Positions 35,840 to 46,022 of a stretch of 64,000 bases of DNA are shown here, piece after piece (within the stretch, counting starts at the first letter, position 1; every line of letters starts with the position of its first letter). The notes beneath the pieces are model-generated. The model searched no databases. It saw only the letters and a list, made by a program, of their open reading frames with translations, and was not told the DNA's origin. The position numbers and the translations under genes were made by a program. The DNA comes from an uncultured Brevinematales bacterium (GTDB lineage: Bacteria; Spirochaetota; Brevinematia; Brevinematales; JAOACQ01), in the NCBI GenBank assembly GCA_964413265.1, contig CAYPRX010000073.1:88883-152882 (forward strand), given 5' to 3'.

Positions 35840-38272
35840 TTAGCTGCAGCGTGAAAAACCGCAGGATAGGCATGTACTGCAGTCTTCTGTCTTTATATAT
35901 GATTTTTCACCGCAGTGAGGGCATATTACAGCGCCCTTTATTTCAACCGGTTTGTCTTCAATATCTGCTTTGATCACATCCTTATCAAAAAGACCCTGTT
36001 CAATCGATGCCATGCTGTGTTTTTCCGCGAAGTCTTTTAATATTCTGCCGACGGCATCAGGAATGCTTTTTATGAGTTTCCCGGAATCCCAAGCCGAAGA
36101 ATCCCCCGTGATACCTATAATGGTCTCAGCTATGTTTTCTACAGGAATCCCGTTCTGGAGCGCAATCGATATTACCCTCCCAAGCGCTTCAGAGAACGCA
36201 GAAACATCGGAGCCATGCTTGGATATATTTATGAATATCTCAACCGGGAAACCGCTTTCATCGAGACCAACCGAAGTATAAAGAGTACCGCTTCCAGTTT
36301 TAGTCTTAAAAATATCACCTTTAAGGACTTTGGGCCTTTCCCATTTTCTGCACTCTGAATCCTTCAATCTTTTAGCAGAATTTTTAAGTGCTGAAGATGT
36401 CATAGGTTGAAAATATTTTGCCCCATCTCTGTAAATTGTAACCCCCTTTAAACCCGCTTCCCAGGCCTTAAGGTAGATATTCTCGATTTCATCCACAGTT
36501 ATAGAATTTGGAAGGTTAATTGTAGAGGAAATACTGTTTGAAATATATTTCTGTACAGATGCCTGCATCATGATTCTGTCTTCAAATGGAATATCATGAC
36601 TGACAACAAATACATTCCGGATATCTTCCGGTATTTCGTTAATGTTTGCACAGCTACCGCCGTTTTCTATAACTTTTTTTATCAGTGTATGGTCTCCTTT
36701 CACAGCTTTTTCAAATTCAGGATCGGAATATTGAAGTGATCCGCCGTCAATCAGATTTTTATTGTATGCTAGTGCAAATTGTGGTTCAAGTGAATAAGTG
36801 AAAGCATCAAGGATGAGACTTATCGTTCCTGTCGGGGCAAGAGTTGTCCAGTTACTGTTTCGGATGCCGTTTTTATTTATTGTCTTGGCTATCGAGGATT
36901 TTTCTCCTTCCGAATCATAATACTTTTCAATTACACCGATCAGTGATTTTTTATTTTCATTGAAAATTTCAAAAGAACCCTTTTCTGTAGCCAATTCAAT
37001 GGATGTTTCAATTGCCGCCTGGGTCATTGCCCTGGAGATATCAGAGGCCAGTTTATTGCCCTGCTCTGAGTTATATGGAATCCTCAATTTGAAAAGTATC
37101 TCGGCCAGGCCAGTATAACCAAGTCCTACGGGTCTGATTTTTCTGGTTTCAGCTTTGAATTTTTCAGTAGGAAACTCGGAAACATCTATTACATTATCCA
37201 GCCCCCTGATAGCTGCAGAGACTGTTTCTGTGAAGGAACCAAAGTCGAAAGAATTCCCTTTAATGAATTTATTAAGATTGATTGAACCGAGATTGCAGCT
37301 TGTAAAGCTGTGAAGACTCTGTTCTCCGCATGGATTAGTAGAAAGGATTCTTCCAAGTGAAGGAACTGTGTCATATTCATTAGCCTTATCGATAAACCAA
37401 ACACCCGGATCAGCTGTTCTCCAGGCCGATAGTGCAATCTTCCTGAATAGCTCTTTAGCAACTATTGTTTTACTTATGTTTTTGAAATTAAGAATAAATT
37501 CGCGGTCATTTTTAACAGCATCCATGAACTCATCCGTGATCGCTACACTGATATTCATATTACTGAGGGGCTCAAATAATTTTTTTCTTACATCTTCGAT
37601 TACGTTATTAAATGCCTTTTCATCATTTATATCCCCCGCAACAGTTTCAGAAATTCTTTGATGCAGATGTTCGGCATAATTCTCAGATTTAATTAAGTCA
37701 GGGAATTGACGGCTGACATTCGCGGAATAATCCTTGGACGAAATAAATTCTTCTATATCCGGATGGTTTATATCCATCATTGCCATAAAGGCTGCCCTGC
37801 GCACACCTCCGCTTTTGACTGCTTCGCCGACTTCGTCAAAAAGATGCATGAAACTTATCGGGCCACTTGATGTTCCACCCCTTCCGACCGGGGCGCCTTT
37901 AGGTCTTAAAATTCCAAAATTTAAACCCATTCCTGCACCTGATTTGAATGTTATAGCTGTATCGGAGGCTGCTTTCATGATGGAGCCCATATCGTCTTCA
38001 AGACCACCGACAAAACAGCTTGAAGATAAAGGAAATTCTGAACCGGCATTGAAGATTGTAGGAGAAGAGAACATAAATTTTTGTTCTAACATTAAATCTA
38101 AAAGCTGTTTTTTTACCTTCCGCCTTATATCAATATTTTTTTCCGCTGATGCGACGAAATCCGCGACACGGGAGAATGTTTCCTCATGACTCTTTTCAAT
38201 AAGAATACCGTTTTTATCCCTTTTTAAATAAAATTTCTCCATGATATAGAGGGCATTTTTTGAAAAAGACAA
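35840..38272 (-). CDS. nrdJ: Adenosylcobalamin-dependent ribonucleotide reductase (class II)
   Basis: It is 810 aa. The active-site loop is STNPCGEQSL, and GGVRRAAFMAM is also present. The C-terminal Cys-rich tail reads CPHCGEKSYIKTEDCSTCLSCGFSRCS. Confidence 0.9.
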   Translation of the reverse strand: MSFSKNALYIMEKFYLKRDKNGILIEKSHEETFSRVADFVASAEKNIDIRRKVKKQLLDLMLEQKFMFSSPTIFNAGSEFPLSSSCFVGGLEDDMGSIMKAASDTAITFKSGAGMGLNFGILRPKGAPVGRGGTSSGPISFMHLFDEVGEAVKSGGVRRAAFMAMMDINHPDIEEFISSKDYSANVSRQFPDLIKSENYAEHLHQRISETVAGDINDEKAFNNVIEDVRKKLFEPLSNMNISVAITDEFMDAVKNDREFILNFKNISKTIVAKELFRKIALSAWRTADPGVWFIDKANEYDTVPSLGRILSTNPCGEQSLHSFTSCNLGSINLNKFIKGNSFDFGSFTETVSAAIRGLDNVIDVSEFPTEKFKAETRKIRPVGLGYTGLAEILFKLRIPYNSEQGNKLASDISRAMTQAAIETSIELATEKGSFEIFNENKKSLIGVIEKYYDSEGEKSSIAKTINKNGIRNSNWTTLAPTGTISLILDAFTYSLEPQFALAYNKNLIDGGSLQYSDPEFEKAVKGDHTLIKKVIENGGSCANINEIPEDIRNVFVVSHDIPFEDRIMMQASVQKYISNSISSTINLPNSITVDEIENIYLKAWEAGLKGVTIYRDGAKYFQPMTSSALKNSAKRLKDSECRKWERPKVLKGDIFKTKTGSGTLYTSVGLDESGFPVEIFINISKHGSDVSAFSEALGRVISIALQNGIPVENIAETIIGITGDSSAWDSGKLIKSIPDAVGRILKDFAEKHSMASIEQGLFDKDVIKADIEDKPVEIKGAVICPHCGEKSYIKTEDCSTCLSCGFSRCS

Positions 38273-38296
38273 AATTTCCTCCTGTTAAAATGATAT

Positions 38297-39787
38297 TTAT
38301 TGCTTATCCTCAATATCCCTTGAGACAGGAAGATACAAAGTGAAAGTTGTACCTTTTTCTACTTCGGAATCTACTGTTATAAAGCCTCCATGGTTCTTTA
38401 ATATTGTGTATGCTGTGGTAAGGCCTAGACCGGTCCCATTAGGCTTCGTGGTAAAATATGGATCGAAAATCCTTTTTATATCTTTCTCATTTATTCCTGA
38501 TCCGTTATCGCTTATCATAATCTTGACGTAATCACCCCCCTCAATGGGCAGCTCAACACCGGAATAATTATAATTTTCAGCGGATATGTTGAGGGTATTT
38601 CCATCCGTCATTGCCTCTCTTGCGTTGATGATAATATTCTGAAGGACCTGTTCCATCTGTGTTTCATCCACACAAACGAAATCAAGCTTATCGGGAAATT
38701 TATAAACGACATTGATACCGGATCCATGCATAACAAAGGAAGTAATCGATTTAATTATTTTTCTTATATCGTGAGTATTGAGGGAAAGTGTTCCACCCTT
38801 GGAAAATGATATTAGATGGTGTGTTAGTTCCTTCGCACGAAGTATGGCGTTCGAAGATTCATCAAGATAATTGTCGATTTCATCAGGCGTAAGGTCTCTC
38901 TGCCTGCACATTGCAAGATTACCCATTATTACGGTAAGCATATTGTTGAAATCATGGGCTATTCCTCCTGCCAGAAGGCTTAAAGATTCCAGTTTTTCAA
39001 ACCTGAGCATTTCAGTTTCTATTTTTTTTTGGAGTGTGATATTCCTCATCATCAAAATAATCCCCCTGAAAGAACCAGAATCGCTCCATAAAGGTATTGC
39101 GCTTCCATCTATAGGGATTTTTACTTCAGGGCCAGTTATCAGGTAATACCTTGATAAAAAATCGAATTTTTCATTCTTGTTTCGTATTATTTTGATCATT
39201 TCTTCAATTTTTACATCCTTATCCGATTCCATAAGCCTGAAAATATCTTTTACATTTTTATTGATAATTTCAGCATGATTTTTAGTCAGAAGGACTTCTG
39301 CAGCCGGGTTTGCGAATGTAATGTCAAGATCGCTTGAAATAACCAAAACAGCATAGTCGATATTCTTTAAAATAAAGGAAAGCCATTCCTCATTTTCTCT
39401 GACTTTTCTTTCAAGTTTATGCTTCTGTATTGCCACATCTATAGTTGTTTTCAGCACTCCGTCTGTTATCGGTTTCAGGAGAAATCCGTACGGTTCAGCT
39501 GATTTCGCCCTTTCAAGAGTGCTGTCATCCCCGAACGCTGTTAAAAAGACCACTGGGATGTTCAGTCTGTCGTATACATATTCAGCAGCATCAATGCCGT
39601 CCATTTTACCTTTGAGCATAATATCCATGAGTATCAAAGAGGGTTTTAATTCCCTTGCTTTTTCAATAGCATCCTGCCCGTTGTCGCATATAGATAGGAC
39701 ATTGTAACCGCATGTAATGAGTATTTCTTTAATATTTTTAGCCACAAGTATTTCATCTTCAACAATGATGATTGATTCGCTTTTCAT
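38297..39787 (-). CDS. Receiver-PAS-histidine kinase (N-terminal REC hybrid sensor kinase)
   Basis: REC domain: IIIVEDEILVAK ... LILMDIMLKGKMDGI ... LLKP. A PAS-like middle follows. The H-box is AGGIAHDFNNML, and the HATPase N/G boxes are NIIINAREAM, DNGSGI and GTGLGL. Confidence 0.85.
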   Translation of the reverse strand: MKSESIIIVEDEILVAKNIKEILITCGYNVLSICDNGQDAIEKARELKPSLILMDIMLKGKMDGIDAAEYVYDRLNIPVVFLTAFGDDSTLERAKSAEPYGFLLKPITDGVLKTTIDVAIQKHKLERKVRENEEWLSFILKNIDYAVLVISSDLDITFANPAAEVLLTKNHAEIINKNVKDIFRLMESDKDVKIEEMIKIIRNKNEKFDFLSRYYLITGPEVKIPIDGSAIPLWSDSGSFRGIILMMRNITLQKKIETEMLRFEKLESLSLLAGGIAHDFNNMLTVIMGNLAMCRQRDLTPDEIDNYLDESSNAILRAKELTHHLISFSKGGTLSLNTHDIRKIIKSITSFVMHGSGINVVYKFPDKLDFVCVDETQMEQVLQNIIINAREAMTDGNTLNISAENYNYSGVELPIEGGDYVKIMISDNGSGINEKDIKRIFDPYFTTKPNGTGLGLTTAYTILKNHGGFITVDSEVEKGTTFTLYLPVSRDIEDKQ

Positions 39788-39800
39788 TTATTCTCCATCT

Positions 39801-40553
39801 TTATATAAGTTTAAGTTTATCGACAACCTTTTCAATATCTTCATGTAAAACAACTTTTGCCTTTGAATCGAAAGGAGTTTCCATTTCATTGATTATAACA
39901 AGTTTGGAACCATCGGGAAGATATGAAGGCAGTGTTGAAGCAGGGTATACCGTCAATGATGTCCCCATTGTTATCATCAGGTCTGCTTTCTGTATTTCTG
40001 TAAGGGCTTTTTCAAGGTCCCTCACATATTCCCCGAAAAATACGACATTGGGCTTCATGATTCCACCGCATTTCCTGCATTTTGGGATCCTTTTATTTTT
40101 CATGGCTTTTGCAATTATCTTATATTGAGGATCATCCGAAAGAACTTCATTGTTGCATTCAATGCAGTAATACTTTTCAAAATTTCCATGAAGCTCTATA
40201 ATATTACTATTACCTGCTTTTTTGTGCAGGCCGTCAATATTCTGGGTAATAATTGTTTTTAACTTACCGAGAGTTTCAAGTTTTTTTAAAAAAAGGTGAC
40301 CATTTGTAGGCACAGCCTTATCAAACAATTCAGCCAGCTCTGCGAAGTGATTATAAAATAGTGAAGGATTGCTTTTAAAATAGTCGATATCAAATAATCT
40401 GTCGGAAGGTATATCGGTCCTGGAATAAAGGCCGTTAGGACCCCTGAAATCAGGAATTCCTGCACTTGTCGATATACCCGCGCCCGTAAGCGATACTATG
40501 TATTTGCTTTTCATAATAAGATCCATCAACAGGTCTATGCCCTGAAGAATCAT
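39801..40553 (-). CDS. cobB: NAD-dependent protein deacylase, Sir2 family
   Basis: GAGISTSAGIPDFRGPNGLY, TQNIDGLH and the Zn ribbon CIECN...CRKCGG. Confidence 0.85.
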   Translation of the reverse strand: MILQGIDLLMDLIMKSKYIVSLTGAGISTSAGIPDFRGPNGLYSRTDIPSDRLFDIDYFKSNPSLFYNHFAELAELFDKAVPTNGHLFLKKLETLGKLKTIITQNIDGLHKKAGNSNIIELHGNFEKYYCIECNNEVLSDDPQYKIIAKAMKNKRIPKCRKCGGIMKPNVVFFGEYVRDLEKALTEIQKADLMITMGTSLTVYPASTLPSYLPDGSKLVIINEMETPFDSKAKVVLHEDIEKVVDKLKLI

Positions 40554-40566
40554 TATTCCCCCCGAA

Positions 40567-41781
40567 TCACTTGACCCTGAGAAATTTTCTTTTCCCTATT
40601 TTTATAATTTTCTCTTCACCAGGATTAAATAAAGTGTTCTCATCACTCTGCCTCAAGCCGCCGATTGAAACGGCATTCTGGGCAAGAAGCCTTCTAACTT
40701 CGCTTTTTGAATTCAGGGTTTCAGAATTAATAAGAATATCCATCAGGTTCATTTTTCTCTTCAGGGAAAATTCTTTGATTTCATCGGGAATGCCCTTGTT
40801 TTTAAATACTCTTTCAAATTCAGTAAAAGACCTTTCTGCATCTCCTAAAGAATAATACTCACTTACAATAGTTTTGGCCAGCATTACTTTGAAATCACGG
40901 GGGTTCTTGCCATCTTTCATGCTCCTGGTATACTTTTTAACAACTTCCATCTGAACATCTGTCAAAAGTTCAAAATATTTAATAATCATATTGTCCGGTA
41001 TGGACATGATCTTGCCAAAGATCTCCCCGGGTTTTTCACTGATGCCTATATAATTACCGAGAGATTTGCTCATTTTGTTTATACCGTCTGTTCCCTCAAG
41101 AAGGGGCAGGGTTATAACAATCTGCTCTTCCTGCCCGTATTCACTTTGAAGGTCTCTGCCTATGAGGAGATTAAATTTCTGGTCTGTACCTCCGATCTCT
41201 ATATCGGCATTAAGGACCACTGAGTCATATCCCTGTATCAGAGGGTAAATAAATTCGATCAAGGATATAGGTTTTCCCTCCTCGTACCTTTTGTTGAAAT
41301 CTTCTCTCTCCAGGAGTCTTGCGACAGTATAATGAGAGGTCAGCTCAAGGACATCGCTGAAATTCATTTTTGAGCACCAAGTACTGTTAAAAACTACCTT
41401 AGTTTTCTGGGGGTCAAGAATTTTAAAGATCTGGGTTTTATATGATTCTGAGTTTGCAAGGACCTCTTCTTTTGTCAGACGTTTTCTGGTCTGTAATTTT
41501 CCGGTTGGATCACCGATCATTCCAGTAAAATCGCCTATGATGAAATATACTTCATGGCCCAGTTCCTGAAATTGTCTCAATTTTCTTAAAGGAACGGTAT
41601 GACCGAGATGAATATCCGGGGCTGAAGGATCTGCCCCGAATTTAATCTTTAAAGGCTTATTAAGAGCTATGGATTTTTTTAATTTTTCTATAAGTTTATC
41701 TTCAGGTATGATCTCGACTGCGCCTCTTGATATGATTTTTATGTGCTCAGCGAGAGTATGGCTTGAAGGCAGATTCATCAA
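40567..41781 (-). CDS. tyrS: Tyrosine--tRNA ligase
   Basis: The HIGH-type motif is PDIHLGH and the KMSKS motif is [10 protein letters not shown]. The C-terminal S4-like domain reads [18 protein letters not shown]. Confidence 0.9.
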   Translation of the reverse strand: MMNLPSSHTLAEHIKIISRGAVEIIPEDKLIEKLKKSIALNKPLKIKFGADPSAPDIHLGHTVPLRKLRQFQELGHEVYFIIGDFTGMIGDPTGKLQTRKRLTKEEVLANSESYKTQIFKILDPQKTKVVFNSTWCSKMNFSDVLELTSHYTVARLLEREDFNKRYEEGKPISLIEFIYPLIQGYDSVVLNADIEIGGTDQKFNLLIGRDLQSEYGQEEQIVITLPLLEGTDGINKMSKSLGNYIGISEKPGEIFGKIMSIPDNMIIKYFELLTDVQMEVVKKYTRSMKDGKNPRDFKVMLAKTIVSEYYSLGDAERSFTEFERVFKNKGIPDEIKEFSLKRKMNLMDILINSETLNSKSEVRRLLAQNAVSIGGLRQSDENTLFNPGEEKIIKIGKRKFLRVK

Positions 41782-41896
41782 TACCTCTTATTACGTGCAA
41801 CATTATTTAAATTAGTTTAATGAAGATTTGATGAATTGTCAAAGATAAAGTAGCATGATGGAATGTATAAATTAAGATCCTTTTCTGGAGTTATTA

Positions 41897-42679
41897 ATGT
41901 TACGAATTATGTCATGGAATGTCAATGGAATAAGGGCATCCCTCAAGAACGGTCTGGAAGCATCATTAAAAGAATTAGACCCTGATATTATCGGTTTTCA
42001 GGAGATAAAGGCGGCAAGAGAGCAGGTGGAAAATGACTACCCGGACTTTGCTAATTCTGTACACTATCATTCTATCTGGAACCCATCTTTCAGGAAGGGA
42101 TATAGCGGAACAATGCTTATGTCAAAGATAAAACCGTCTGCAGTTGAGAAGGGGTTCGGCATCAGTGAATTCGATGATGAAGGCAGAATAATAATCTCAC
42201 ATTACAGGGATGTTCCTGCGCCCTTTACGATTTTTAATATCTATTATCCTAATGGTCAGATGGACAGTGATAGACTGGCATACAAGCTGAGATTTTATGA
42301 TTGTTTCCTTGATTATGCCGACAATCTGAAAAAATCAGGTAAAAACCTGATCATAATGGGAGATTTTAACACGGCCCATAGAGAAATAGACTTGAAAAAT
42401 CCGGAAGAAAACAAGGACCGTTCCGGATTTTTACCAATTGAAAGGGAATGGATGGATAAATTCATTTCTCATGGCTATATCGATACTTTCAGGACCATGA
42501 ACCCTGGAGCAGCGACATACAGCTGGTGGACTTACCGCTTCAATGCACGTATGAAAAATATAGGCTGGCGTATCGACTATGTTTTTGTAAACGAGTCTTT
42601 TTTTCCAAATGTAAAAGAAAGTTTTATTTTGACTGATGTGATGGGATCCGATCACTGTCCTGTAGGAATTTCGATATGA
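41897..42679 (+). CDS. xth: Exodeoxyribonuclease III (AP endonuclease)
   Basis: SWNVNGIRA, FQEIK, GDFNTAHREIDL, WRIDYVF and SDHCPV. Confidence 0.9.
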   Translation: MLRIMSWNVNGIRASLKNGLEASLKELDPDIIGFQEIKAAREQVENDYPDFANSVHYHSIWNPSFRKGYSGTMLMSKIKPSAVEKGFGISEFDDEGRIIISHYRDVPAPFTIFNIYYPNGQMDSDRLAYKLRFYDCFLDYADNLKKSGKNLIIMGDFNTAHREIDLKNPEENKDRSGFLPIEREWMDKFISHGYIDTFRTMNPGAATYSWWTYRFNARMKNIGWRIDYVFVNESFFPNVKESFILTDVMGSDHCPVGISI

Positions 42680-42686
42680 TAATAAT

Positions 42687-43880
42687 ATGAAAAGTGACTA
42701 TTTTGATTATTTTTTTAATTCGAGGATGATTTTTGGACCGGACTCCTCGAAAGCCCTGCCGGCTGTCATGAGCGGAGTGGGAAGTAGAATCTTAATAGTA
42801 ACAGGTGTTTCTTCTTTTAAAAATATGCCGCTGAGAGATATTCTTTGCAGGGAAATGAAAAATAGCAGTATTAATTATTTTGAGCTGGAAGTAGGTGGAG
42901 AACCTACTACTGATTTTATAGATGAAAATGCATCATATTACAGGGAAAAAAATATTAATGCAGTTGTTTCAATTGGCGGAGGAAGCGTTATCGATGCCGG
43001 TAAAGCCATTTCCGGTATGATACCCCAGGATGGTCCTGTAACCTGTTACTTAGAGGGGGTAGGTATAAAAAAACATAATGGCATAAAAGTACCGTTCATA
43101 GCAGTACCTACCACTGCCGGTACAGGAAGTGAAGCAACAAAAAATGCCGTATTAACTAAACATGGTCCCGGAGGTTATAAAAAATCACTGCGGCATGATA
43201 ATCTGGTTCCCGATGTGGCCGTAATAGACCCGGTCCTAACAATTGGATGCCCGCCAGATATTACTGCAGCCTGCGGAATGGACGCACTGACACAGCTTAT
43301 CGAAAGTTTCTTATCCGCTCAGTCATCATTTTTGACGGACACTCTTTCATTGAAGGGAATTAGCCTGCATGCCGGCAGGGCCCTTTTCCATTCATGCACT
43401 GATAAAGTGTCAGATATATTGACAAGATCGGATCTCGCTTATGCGGCCTATCTATCGGGTGTCGTTCTTGCCAATGCAGGTTTAGGTGCAGTACATGGGT
43501 TGGCCGGAGTAATCGGAGGCGTCTTCGATATCCCCCATGGCATAATTTGCGCATCGCTTTTATCAAAAGTCACTGATTACAATATTGAGAAATTATCTTC
43601 GGCAAAAGAAAATATCGCCCTTGAAAAATACTCGAGGGCAGGTTATGCGCTGACGGGACAAGAACCATCAGATATAAAAACAGGCTGTTCAATTCTGATG
43701 GAGTATCTGAGGGAAATGACAGAAAGTCTTAATATCCAGGGTATTCAGGATTTCAAATTCAATAAAGATGAAATTGATTTTATATCTGAAAAAGCAGATA
43801 ATAAGAATAATCCGGTTAATCTAACTCCAGAAGATTTTCATAATATACTATCCGGCATTTCTTATACCGTTGCTGATTAA
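42687..43880 (+). CDS. Iron-containing alcohol dehydrogenase family oxidoreductase
   Basis: GGGSVIDAGKAI, PFIAVPTTAGTGSEAT, CGMDALTQLIE and GAVHGLAGVIGGVFDIPHG. Confidence 0.8.
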   Translation: MKSDYFDYFFNSRMIFGPDSSKALPAVMSGVGSRILIVTGVSSFKNMPLRDILCREMKNSSINYFELEVGGEPTTDFIDENASYYREKNINAVVSIGGGSVIDAGKAISGMIPQDGPVTCYLEGVGIKKHNGIKVPFIAVPTTAGTGSEATKNAVLTKHGPGGYKKSLRHDNLVPDVAVIDPVLTIGCPPDITAACGMDALTQLIESFLSAQSSFLTDTLSLKGISLHAGRALFHSCTDKVSDILTRSDLAYAAYLSGVVLANAGLGAVHGLAGVIGGVFDIPHGIICASLLSKVTDYNIEKLSSAKENIALEKYSRAGYALTGQEPSDIKTGCSILMEYLREMTESLNIQGIQDFKFNKDEIDFISEKADNKNNPVNLTPEDFHNILSGISYTVAD

Positions 43881-43897
43881 ATTAAGGCGGGTAAAAT

Positions 43898-45020
43898 ATG
43901 GGAGCGTTCTCGGATAAATGCAGAGATTTGCTGGCCGAAATACAGGATGACTGGAGGCATCTTTGAGATTGAAGAAAAAATAATCTCTCTGGACGGATTG
44001 AAGGCTGACCTGAATGATGAAAAAGCCTGGACCGACCATAAGCTTTCTGCAGAACTCTCATCGAAGGCTTCCGCCATTGAAAGGGAAATCGCCGGATGGC
44101 TGGATTTAAAGCCGAAGATTACAGATCTTTTAGAAATGTCAGAATTGGCTGAAAATGATAATGATACTGATATGTTGGACAGTCTGGAAAGAGAATATGA
44201 AAAACTCCGGAAAACACTATCAGATCTTGAGACAGTTATGATGTTCAGAGGTGATTTTGACAGTAAAAATGCCTTTTTGAACATCCATCCTGGAGCAGGC
44301 GGGACTGAATCTCAGGACTGGGCCGAGATGCTGCTGCGCATGTATCAAAGGTGGTCGGAAAGAAAGGGTTTTTCAATGGAAGTGGTCGATTATGAAGCTG
44401 GCGATGTAGCAGGTTTAAAGGATGCTACGCTTTATATCAAAGGGAGGTATGCTTATGGACTTTTAAGGGCTGAAAACGGCATACACCGTCTCGTCAGGCT
44501 TTCTCCCTTTAATGCAAATAACAAAAGGCAGACATCATTCTGTTCAATATCGGTATCACCAGAGGTAGATGAAACAGTAACACTTGAAATTGATCCCAAA
44601 GACCTCAAGATAGATACATATCGGGCCAGCGGGGCGGGAGGTCAATATGTAAACAAAACGGAATCTGCCGTGAGAATCACGCATCTTCCTACGGGTATTG
44701 TCGTTGCCTGCCAGATCGAAAGATCCCAGCTGCAGAACCGCGATATGGCCATGAAGATGCTGAGGTCTAAGCTGTATGAAAGCGAACTCAGAAAACAGGA
44801 TGAGGAAAGGCAAAAAATGATGCCTGAAAAAAAGGCCATAGAGTGGGGTAACCAGATACGCAGCTACACTTTTCAACCCTATACCCTGGTTAAAGATCAC
44901 CGTACAGGTATAGAAAATAAAAACGTACAGATAGTCATGGATGGTGATATCGACGATTTTATAGTTGGTTACCTTAAAAGCAGATCTTTCAGTTTAAACG
45001 CTCATCAAGCACATCCATGA
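43898..45020 (+). CDS. prfB: Peptide chain release factor 2, expressed via programmed +1 frameshift (join 43898..43963, 43965..45020)
   Basis: Frame 0 gives MGAFSDKCRDLLAEIQDDWRHL followed by an in-frame TGA. The +1 frame continues EIEEKIISLDGL... and carries the SPF (RLSPFNA) and GGQ (SGAGGQYVNKTESAVRITH) motifs. Confidence 0.9.
43953..43967 (+). promoter_or_regulatory. prfB +1 frameshift site
   Basis: The site is GGAGG-cat-CTT-TGA-G: an internal SD-like element 3 nt upstream of the slippery CTT TGA. E. coli prfB has the same architecture. Confidence 0.85.
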
Positions 45021-45939
45021 GAGTTTCGCGGATTGAATACCGCGCACTCCAGCCCAATTCTTTTCTTAATTTATCATTTGAACCGATTATTATCCTGTTA
45101 TCATCGGGACGTATTAAATCCGGGTTTACCTTTATAACCGCTTTAATGCCCAGTATTTCTTCCATCATTTCTATCAACTGCTTCAGAGAGTATCCCACAC
45201 CGCTGCACACATTGTAGATCTCCCCTCTTGAACCTTTCATAAATAGTGTATAATAAGCCGCCACAACATCCCTTACGTCTATAAAGTCCCTGACTATCGA
45301 TATATCTCCGGTTAACATTTCTTTTTTCAGGCCTTTTTTTATGTCTGTCAATTGCCTGGCGAAAGAAGGGATTACAAAACTATCTTTCTGCCCCCGTCCA
45401 ATATGATTAAATGAACGGGTAAGCACGATATTCAGGTCAAATCCCTTTACATAGACTTTCGATAGCATTTCCTGGGAAGCCCTCGCGACAGCATAAGGGC
45501 TTATAGGATCAACGTCGTATTCTTCCTTTAATGGAAGAATATCCCGGTTTATATTGCCATATTCTTCGGACGAGCCCACGGATAGGATCCTGCAATTTAA
45601 TTTCAAGAGACGTACTGCTTCAAGAAGATTTAAAAATATATTGATATTATTTTGATAGCTGATGATCGGATTCTGCCAGCTGAAAGCCACGCTTGAATAT
45701 GAAGCCAGATGGAGGATATAATCAGGTTGAAAACTATGAATATAATACTGTATATTATCCTTATCCAGCAAGTCCTGTTTGATGAATTCACATTTGACAT
45801 GCTTATATGTTTTATTGATAGCGGAAGGAGGATTCAAATCGATGCCCATAATGTCGGAATTTATCCCGTTATTCTCAAGGTAATCGATAAAATGTCTGCT
45901 GACAAAGCCTGAAAAACCTGTTATCAGAAATCTGCTCAT
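44989..45939 (-). CDS. NAD-dependent epimerase/dehydratase (extended SDR) family protein
   Basis: The N-terminal Rossmann motif is ITGFSGFVSRHF. The catalytic region reads SPYAVARAS, which is YxxxR rather than YxxxK. The protein is GDP-sugar reductase/dehydratase-like in size. Confidence 0.75.
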   Translation of the reverse strand: MSRFLITGFSGFVSRHFIDYLENNGINSDIMGIDLNPPSAINKTYKHVKCEFIKQDLLDKDNIQYYIHSFQPDYILHLASYSSVAFSWQNPIISYQNNINIFLNLLEAVRLLKLNCRILSVGSSEEYGNINRDILPLKEEYDVDPISPYAVARASQEMLSKVYVKGFDLNIVLTRSFNHIGRGQKDSFVIPSFARQLTDIKKGLKKEMLTGDISIVRDFIDVRDVVAAYYTLFMKGSRGEIYNVCSGVGYSLKQLIEMMEEILGIKAVIKVNPDLIRPDDNRIIIGSNDKLRKELGWSARYSIRETLMDVLDERLN

Positions 45940-46022
45940 TGAAAATCCACCCTGGCCGATAAATACGGAAGAATTATGACTTATAAGAATAAATATAGCA
46001 AAATTAGATTTTACTTTAGTAT

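Noticed and set aside
41782-41896. I checked for a possible T-box leader upstream of tyrS.
   Set aside because: Only 115 nt are shared with the divergent xth promoter. No specifier or T-box conserved sequence is present, and no terminator/antiterminator pair.
43877-44284. A 135-aa minus-strand ORF overlaps the prfB start region.
   Set aside because: It is antisense to the strongly supported RF2 gene. It is Ser/Phe-rich and low-complexity, typical of a shadow ORF in an AT-rich genome.
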